Assembly (NCBI GenBank): GCA_036263315.1
Contig: DATAHF010000185.1
Location: 14,900-78,899 of the forward strand
Direction: 5' to 3'
Length of the DNA: 64,000 bases
DNA from: Burkholderiales bacterium
Lineage (GTDB): Bacteria; Pseudomonadota; Gammaproteobacteria; Burkholderiales; SG8-39
In this document: piece by piece, positions 58,065 to 64,000 of the stretch
How the letters are laid out: each line of letters begins with the position of its first letter
Numbering within the stretch: the first letter of the stretch is position 1
Position numbers and translations under genes: made by a program
The notes under the pieces: model-generated
Told to the model about the DNA's origin: nothing
Seen by the model: only the letters and a program-made list of their open reading frames with translations
Database searches by the model: none

Positions 58065-58505
58065 ATGGCGAGCGACGAAGCTTTTTCTTCCATCGAGGCG
58101 CGCTTCGAATGCCGCGTGCATTGGGGCGATTGCGACCCGGCCGGCATCATCTTCTATCCCACGTACTTCCGCTGGATGGATGCGGCAACCTGGTCGTTCT
58201 GGGAGATGGTCGGATACGAGCCGCAGCGCTTTCGCGCCGAGCACCGCGCTATGCCGCTCGTCGCTGCGGATTGCCAGTTTCTCGCCCCGGCCAGGCAAGG
58301 CGATCGCTGCCTGGTGCGCTCGCGCATCGGCCGCTTCGGCGGGAAATCGTTCCTCGTAAACCATCAGATCGAGCGGCTCGATGGCCTGGCGCTTGCGAAA
58401 GGAAGCGAGACCAGGGTTTGGGGCCGCTACGAAAGCGGGCCGGGCAGCGCCTTGAAAGGCGAAGCGATAGACGAGTCCGTAAAAGCGCTATTTCTCGCTA
58501 GGTAG
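58065..58505 (+). CDS. 4HBT-family acyl-CoA thioesterase
   Basis: The 146-aa sequence reads VHWGDCDPAGIIFYPTYFRWMDAATWSF, the hotdog-fold YbgC/4HBT signature. It is the 3' part of a long artefactual ORF (56739..58505). Confidence 0.8.
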   Translation: MASDEAFSSIEARFECRVHWGDCDPAGIIFYPTYFRWMDAATWSFWEMVGYEPQRFRAEHRAMPLVAADCQFLAPARQGDRCLVRSRIGRFGGKSFLVNHQIERLDGLALAKGSETRVWGRYESGPGSALKGEAIDESVKALFLAR

Positions 58506-58541
58506 GCGGCACGCGCCGCGAGCGCTGCCCTCCCTCGAGGC

Positions 58542-59105
58542 TCAGAAGTCGAAAAATACCGTCTCGTTCCTGCCCTGCAATACGATGTTCCACTCGAGCG
58601 CGGATTTGCCCGTCTTTTTCGCAATCAGGGTATTACGGCGCGCGCTCGGAACGAGCTTGAGGATGGGATCTGCGGCGTTCGCCGGCTCGTCCGGAAAATA
58701 GATGCGCGTAGCGAGGTGCTTCAGCATGCCGCGCATGAAAACCGAAACCACGAGATGCGGCGCTTGCGGCCTGCCGCCGGGCCCGGGCACGCGTCCCGGC
58801 TTGATGGTCGTGAAGCGAAATCCGCCCTTCGCGTCCGTTGGCACCCGGCCGAAGCCGCGGAAGCCGCGCTCCATCGGCTTCTTCTGGTTGTCTTCGGGAT
58901 GCGGATATTTGCCGTGCGAGTTCGCCTGCCAGATCTCGACGAGCCCGTCGCTTACGCCGACGCCGTCACCGTCGGTGAGCCGCCCCTGGATGGTGAAGCG
59001 CTCGCCGGGAATTCCCGCGGGCGCGATGTTGCGGGTGACCAGCCAGTTCAGGCCGATATGGAGGTATGGGCCCACGGTTTGGTTCGCGCTTGCGTAGAGG
59101 CTCAT
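58542..59105 (-). CDS. pcaG: Protocatechuate 3,4-dioxygenase alpha subunit
   Basis: The 187-aa sequence reads QTVGPYLHIGL...VEIWQANSHGKYPHPED...QAPHLVVSVFMRGMLKHLATRIYF...ETVFFDF. Confidence 0.92.
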   Translation of the reverse strand: MSLYASANQTVGPYLHIGLNWLVTRNIAPAGIPGERFTIQGRLTDGDGVGVSDGLVEIWQANSHGKYPHPEDNQKKPMERGFRGFGRVPTDAKGGFRFTTIKPGRVPGPGGRPQAPHLVVSVFMRGMLKHLATRIYFPDEPANAADPILKLVPSARRNTLIAKKTGKSALEWNIVLQGRNETVFFDF

Positions 59106-59106
59106 G

Positions 59107-59811
59107 TCATTTCTCCATTGGCGTGGCGTCGCGCCCGCGCAGCACGATGTCGAACCGGTAGCCGAGTGCCTGCTCCGGAATCGTCGTCTCCCAGTCGAAG
59201 AGCGACACAAGCCGGTTGCGCGCCGCCTCGTTGGCGATGCTCGTGAACATCGGGTCGTAAGGCAGGAGCGGATCGCCGGGGAAGTACATCTGCGTGATCA
59301 GCCGGGTGAGGAAGGCCTGGCCGAAAAGCGAGAAGTGGATGTGCGCAGGACGCCACGCGTTGTAATGGTTGCGCCATGGATATTCGCCCGGCCGGATGGT
59401 GACGAACCGGTAGCGACCCTCGGCATCGGTGAGCGTGCGTCCCGCGCCCGAAAAATTGGGATCGAGCGGCGCGTTGTGCTGGTCGGTCTTGTGCGGGTAG
59501 CGACCGGCGGAATTGGCCTGCCAGATCTCGACCAGCGTATGCGGCACCGGCCTGCCATTTTCGTCGAGCACGCGGCCGCTCACGATGATGCGCTCGCCGA
59601 TCGGCTCCCCCTTGTGCTGGCGCGTGAGATCGTTGTCCGTCGGCTTGACGTCGTCATAACCGAAGATCGGCCCGGTGATCTCCGACAGCGTCTGCGGCGG
59701 CAGGACGAGCGGCTGAGTCGGGCAGCGCTTCTGCGTCGAGGCGTACGCCGGGTAGTTGTAGTCCGGCTGCGTGCCGGGATGCGGGCGCCTGTACCCGCGG
59801 AGCGGTTTCAT
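59107..59811 (-). CDS. pcaH: Protocatechuate 3,4-dioxygenase beta subunit
   Basis: The 234-aa sequence reads LVEIWQANSAGRYPHKTD...NAWRPAHIHFSLFG...TQMYFPGDPL. AAGGGGG lies upstream of the ATG at 59811. Confidence 0.93.
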   Translation of the reverse strand: MKPLRGYRRPHPGTQPDYNYPAYASTQKRCPTQPLVLPPQTLSEITGPIFGYDDVKPTDNDLTRQHKGEPIGERIIVSGRVLDENGRPVPHTLVEIWQANSAGRYPHKTDQHNAPLDPNFSGAGRTLTDAEGRYRFVTIRPGEYPWRNHYNAWRPAHIHFSLFGQAFLTRLITQMYFPGDPLLPYDPMFTSIANEAARNRLVSLFDWETTIPEQALGYRFDIVLRGRDATPMEK

Positions 59812-59825
59812 GGTTCCCCCTTTAT

Positions 59826-60467
59826 TCATTCGGCGTCGGGCTGCTTGGAAGGCTGAGCGCGGTCGAAGGCGTCGAGCTTCATGCAGGCGTCGAACACCCG
59901 CATCACCTCGGGATACGGCGCGAGGTCGCACTCGTAGCGCTTGGCATTGAAGATCTGGGGCACGAGGCAGCAATCGGCCATCGTAGGCGCGTTGCCGTGG
60001 CAATAGGTTCCGGTGCCTTGCGTCTGCCGCAGCATCCCTTCCAGCTTGGCGAGCCCATCGGCGATCCAGTGCCGGTACCAGGTGTTGATGCCATCTTCGC
60101 CCTGCCCGAGCGCGCGCTTCAGGTACTGCAGCGTTCTCAGGTTGTTCAGCGGATGGATCTCGCATGCGATCAGATCGGAAATGGAGCGCACGCGTGCCCG
60201 GCCCTTCGGGTCCCGCGGCAGCAGGGCGGGCTCAGGACGGGTCTCTTCGAGGTATTCCATGATCGCGAGCGACTGCGCAAGCCGCAGGCCCTCGTCGGTC
60301 ACGAGCGTCGGCACGAGTCCTTGCGGGTTGACGTTTGCGTACCCTTCGGCACGGTGCGCGCCCTTGGGAAGGTGCACATATTCAGCCTGATAGGCGATGC
60401 CTTTCAGGTTGAGCGCGATCCGTACGCGAAAAGCCGCCGAGCTGCGGAAATACGTGTAGAGCTTCAC
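59826..60467 (-). CDS. maiA: Zeta-class glutathione S-transferase (maleylacetoacetate/maleylpyruvate isomerase)
   Basis: The 213-aa sequence reads MKLYTYFRSSAAFRVRIALNLKGI...NPQGLVPTL...QSLAIMEYLEE, the GST-zeta SSxxxRVRIAL motif. Confidence 0.85.
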   Translation of the reverse strand: MKLYTYFRSSAAFRVRIALNLKGIAYQAEYVHLPKGAHRAEGYANVNPQGLVPTLVTDEGLRLAQSLAIMEYLEETRPEPALLPRDPKGRARVRSISDLIACEIHPLNNLRTLQYLKRALGQGEDGINTWYRHWIADGLAKLEGMLRQTQGTGTYCHGNAPTMADCCLVPQIFNAKRYECDLAPYPEVMRVFDACMKLDAFDRAQPSKQPDAE

Positions 60468-61156
60468 AGCGCCGGGATGATTTTCACCTTGAGCTCGCCC
60501 ACGCCGTCGATCCCCGCATGCAGCTCGTCTCCGGGCTTCACCGGCCCCACGCCGCCTGGCGTGCCGGAATAGATGAGGTCACCAGGCTCAAGCGTGTAGT
60601 ACTCGGAAAGGTAGGCAATCTGCTCCGGAACCGACCAGATCATGTCGCCCAGATCGGCGCGCTGACGCTGCTTGCCGTTCACGTTCAACCAGAGCGCGCC
60701 CTTTGCAGGATGGCCCACCTTGCTCGCAGGTTGCAACACGCCGCACGGCGCAGCCTCGTCGAAATCCTTGCCGAAATCCCAGGGCCGGCCGTGATCCTTG
60801 CCCCACTGCTGGAGGTCCCTGCGCGTCATGTCGAAGCCGACGGCGTAGCCGTAAACGTACTCAGAGGCCCGCTTCGCGTCGATGCGCCGCCCGCCGCGGC
60901 CGAGCGCGACCACCAACTCGGTCTCGTAATGGTAGTTGGAGGTCTTGGCCGGATAATGCACTTCGCCGCCGCCCGGGACCAGGGTGTGCGCGCTCTTCAG
61001 AAAGAAAAAAGGCTGCTCGCGGCCGTCGCCGCCCATTTCCTTTTGGTGCTCGGCGTAGTTTCTGCCGACGCAGAAGATGCGGCGAACCGGGAAGGTATCG
61101 GAAGAGCCGGCGATCGCAAGCGCCGGCGCCTGCCATAACGGTATTGCGTAACCCAT
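60464..61156 (-). CDS. Fumarylacetoacetate hydrolase family protein (short form, fumarylpyruvate hydrolase/NagK-like)
   Basis: The 230-aa sequence reads RIFCVGRNYAEH...YETELVVALG...GTPGGVG. Its stop overlaps the maiA ATG. Confidence 0.85.
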   Translation of the reverse strand: MGYAIPLWQAPALAIAGSSDTFPVRRIFCVGRNYAEHQKEMGGDGREQPFFFLKSAHTLVPGGGEVHYPAKTSNYHYETELVVALGRGGRRIDAKRASEYVYGYAVGFDMTRRDLQQWGKDHGRPWDFGKDFDEAAPCGVLQPASKVGHPAKGALWLNVNGKQRQRADLGDMIWSVPEQIAYLSEYYTLEPGDLIYSGTPGGVGPVKPGDELHAGIDGVGELKVKIIPAL

Positions 61157-61179
61157 GGTGCCTCGCAAAAGGCGGGATT

Positions 61180-61437
61180 CTAGTCGATGCGGCGGATCGC
61201 TCCGCGGCCGCGCAGCTGGGCGCGGCAAGCGAGAATGATTCCCTTCTCGCGCTCGAGCGGTGCCAGCGCTCGCTCCGAGAAAGGCAGCTCTACGATTTCA
61301 CCGTACAGCAGCAGGCACTTGCAGGTACCGCAGGTGCCGGTCTGGCACGCGAAGGGAAACGGCAGCCCGGCGCGCAATAGCGCGCCGAGAATGCTTTCCC
61401 CGGGCCCTACGGCGAGCGTCTCGGGGTGACCTTCCAC
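61180..61437 (-). CDS. Small plant-type [2Fe-2S] ferredoxin (start uncertain)
   Basis: The cluster ligands are CQTGTCGTCKC plus a distal Cys in ILACRAQ. The only canonical start downstream of the amtB terminator is GTG at 61437, giving 85 aa. The longer ORF 61180..61620 would read through the terminator and the amtB 3' end. Confidence 0.6.
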   Translation of the reverse strand: MEGHPETLAVGPGESILGALLRAGLPFPFACQTGTCGTCKCLLLYGEIVELPFSERALAPLEREKGIILACRAQLRGRGAIRRID

Positions 61438-61467
61438 AATAAGCTCGTTGCTCGCGGCACCGCTCCG

Positions 61468-61497
61468 AAATAAAAAAGGGCGCCGAAGCGCCCTTTT
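61468..61497 (-). terminator. Rho-independent terminator of amtB (bidirectional shape)
   Basis: GGGCGC-CGAA-GCGCCC is flanked by A6 and T4. On the minus strand the stem is followed by TTTTTTATTT, 17 nt after the amtB stop. Confidence 0.8.
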
Positions 61498-61513
61498 GTG
61501 GCGTTGGCCGATG

Positions 61514-63052
61514 TTACATGCGATACGCCGCCTCGCCGTGCGAGGTGGTGTCGAGGCCTTCGCGCTCTTCTTCCTCGCTGACGCGCAGCCCGATCGTGAG
61601 GTCGACCACCTTGTACGCAATCGCCGCCACGATGCCCGACCAAAGCAGGGTTACGCCGACGGCCTTGGCTTGGATCCACAGCTGGCCCGCGATGGAGTAT
61701 TCGGCGCCGGTCGTCATCTTGCCGGTGAACCAGTCCACCGGGAAGCTCGGGCCGCCGAGGTCGGGCGAGTTGAACACGCCGGTCAGTAGCGCGCCGAGGA
61801 TGCCGCCGAGCGCGTGCACGCCGAAGACGTCGAGCGAGTCGTCCGCTCCGAGCAGCTTCTTCAGCCCGCTCACGCCCCATAGGCAGACGAACCCGGCCGC
61901 GATACCGATCACGAAGGCGCCGGGGATACCCACGTTGCCAGCCGCGGGCGTAATCGCCACGAGGCCGGCCACGGCGCCCGAGGCCGCGCCGAGCATCGAG
62001 GGCTTCCCTTTGAAGATCGCCTCGCCCGCGATCCACGACAATACTGCGCACGCGGTCGCAAGATACGTGTTCATGAAGGCGAGCCCGGCCGAGCCGTTCG
62101 CTTCGAGCGCGGAGCCCGCGTTGAAGCCGAACCAGCCCGTCCACAGCAGCGCCGCGCCGATCATCGTCAGCGTCACGTTGTGTGGCGGCATGGCTTCCTT
62201 GCCGAAGCCGATCCGCTTGCCGATCATGAACGCGCCCACCAGGCCCGCAATGCCGGCATTGATGTGCACCACTGTGCCGCCCGCAAAGTCGAGCGCGCCC
62301 CATTGCCACAGCAGGCCAGCCTTGGCGTTCATTTCATCCACCACCTTGGCGCTCGTGTAGGCATCCGGCCCCATCCAGAACCAGACCATGTGGGCGATCG
62401 GCGCGTAGGCGAACGTGAACCAGATGACGATGAACGCGAGCACCGCCGAAAACTTCGCGCGCTCCGCAAATGCGCCGAGGATCAGGCAGCACGTAATCGC
62501 CGCGAACGTCGCCTGGAAGGCCACGTAGACGAGCTCGTACAGCGGCGTGCCCTTGCTGAACGTGGCTGCCATGGAGTATTCGCCTTTGGCTGCATCGAAG
62601 GTGCCCTTCAGGAACAGCCGATCGAGCCCGCCGAAGAAGGCGTTGCCTTCCGTGAAAGCGAGGCTGTAGCCGTAGATGCACCACAGCACCGTCACGAGCG
62701 AAAACACGACGAACACCTGCATGAGCATCGAAAGGACGTTCTTCGAGCGCACCATTCCGCCGTAGAAGAGCGCGAGCGCCGGAACGCTCATCATCAGCAC
62801 GAGGGCGGTTGAAGTGAGCATCCATGCCACATCGCCCTTGTTCGGCGTCGGCGCCGGCTTGGCTTCCTCCTTCTTGGCCTCGGGCGCGGCCGCGGCTGCA
62901 GCCGCAGGCGCCGCAGCGGCCGACTTTGCCTCGTCCTTCTTCGCTTCGGCAGCCGGCTTGTCCGGCGTCGCGGCCGGCTTGTCCTGCGCCATCGCGGCGC
63001 CGGCCATGCCGAGCGAAGCGGCGAAAGCGAGCAGAGCAAGAATTTTCTTCAT
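61514..63052 (-). CDS. amtB: Ammonium transporter AmtB with signal peptide and low-complexity N-terminal linker
   Basis: The protein starts MKKILALLAFAASLGMAGAAMA, followed by an A/P/K/E-rich stretch of about 55 aa and then the Amt core (GGTVVHINAGIAGL, VHALGGILGALLTG). AAGGAG lies upstream of the ATG at 63052. Confidence 0.93.
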   Translation of the reverse strand: MKKILALLAFAASLGMAGAAMAQDKPAATPDKPAAEAKKDEAKSAAAAPAAAAAAAPEAKKEEAKPAPTPNKGDVAWMLTSTALVLMMSVPALALFYGGMVRSKNVLSMLMQVFVVFSLVTVLWCIYGYSLAFTEGNAFFGGLDRLFLKGTFDAAKGEYSMAATFSKGTPLYELVYVAFQATFAAITCCLILGAFAERAKFSAVLAFIVIWFTFAYAPIAHMVWFWMGPDAYTSAKVVDEMNAKAGLLWQWGALDFAGGTVVHINAGIAGLVGAFMIGKRIGFGKEAMPPHNVTLTMIGAALLWTGWFGFNAGSALEANGSAGLAFMNTYLATACAVLSWIAGEAIFKGKPSMLGAASGAVAGLVAITPAAGNVGIPGAFVIGIAAGFVCLWGVSGLKKLLGADDSLDVFGVHALGGILGALLTGVFNSPDLGGPSFPVDWFTGKMTTGAEYSIAGQLWIQAKAVGVTLLWSGIVAAIAYKVVDLTIGLRVSEEEEREGLDTTSHGEAAYRM

Positions 63053-63062
63053 CACGTTCTCC

Positions 63063-64000
<938 letters not shown>

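Noticed and set aside
62830-62990. GC-rich repetitive DNA (gccgcggctgcagccgcaggcgccgcagcggcc...) as a possible tandem repeat or array.
   Set aside because: It is in frame within amtB and simply encodes the poly-Ala/Pro/Lys linker. It has no regular unit and no spacer structure.

Overview
This window is high-GC proteobacterial core chromosome around the replication origin; the gene order looks betaproteobacterial, which is my inference. Almost every base is covered by recognisable housekeeping genes.

Gene content, left to right:
- ilvD (partial), a LysR regulator, lgt and an AEC permease.
- An organic-acid module: a YdiJ-like FAD/Fe-S dehydrogenase, a class-V aminotransferase, two convergent TRAP transporters and a CaiB-type CoA-transferase.
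- An EF-hand/BON protein and a glpD-HAD-tauE operon.
- The complete atpIBEFHAGDC operon, then mnmG-rsmG-parA-parB.
- pckG, an AbrB-type membrane protein, and mnmE-yidC-yidD-rnpA-rpmH.
- Diverging from those, dnaA-dnaN-gyrB.
- A type IA topoisomerase, smg, dprA and a LysM protein.
- def-fmt-rsmB-DUF4390 followed by an NtrY/NtrX-like pair.
- DUF423, ribosomal protein THX, metH and a thioesterase.
- A ferredoxin-FAH-maleyl isomerase-pcaHG operon.
- A porin-glnK-amtB cluster (porin partial at the window end).

I saw no rRNA or tRNA genes, no CRISPR array, no transposase or integrase, no phage or defence genes, and no convincing novel multi-gene system. This looks like an ordinary, conserved region.

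The points most worth a second look are small-scale:
- A canonical parS site upstream of mnmG.
- DnaA-box and repeat architecture on both sides of dnaA, which marks candidate oriC.
- A terminator-like hairpin in the metH leader.
- An unusual fusion of pcaHG with maleyl-isomerase/fumaryl-hydrolase genes.
- An fmt gene that needs a CTG start.
- A strongly degenerate sigma54-type domain in the NtrX-like regulator.
- Two small ribosomal protein genes (rpmH, THX) that are missing from the ORF track.

The many long ORFs antisense to known genes are high-GC artefacts. All calls rest on reading the translations and sequence by eye; no database search, covariance model or GC-skew computation was run.
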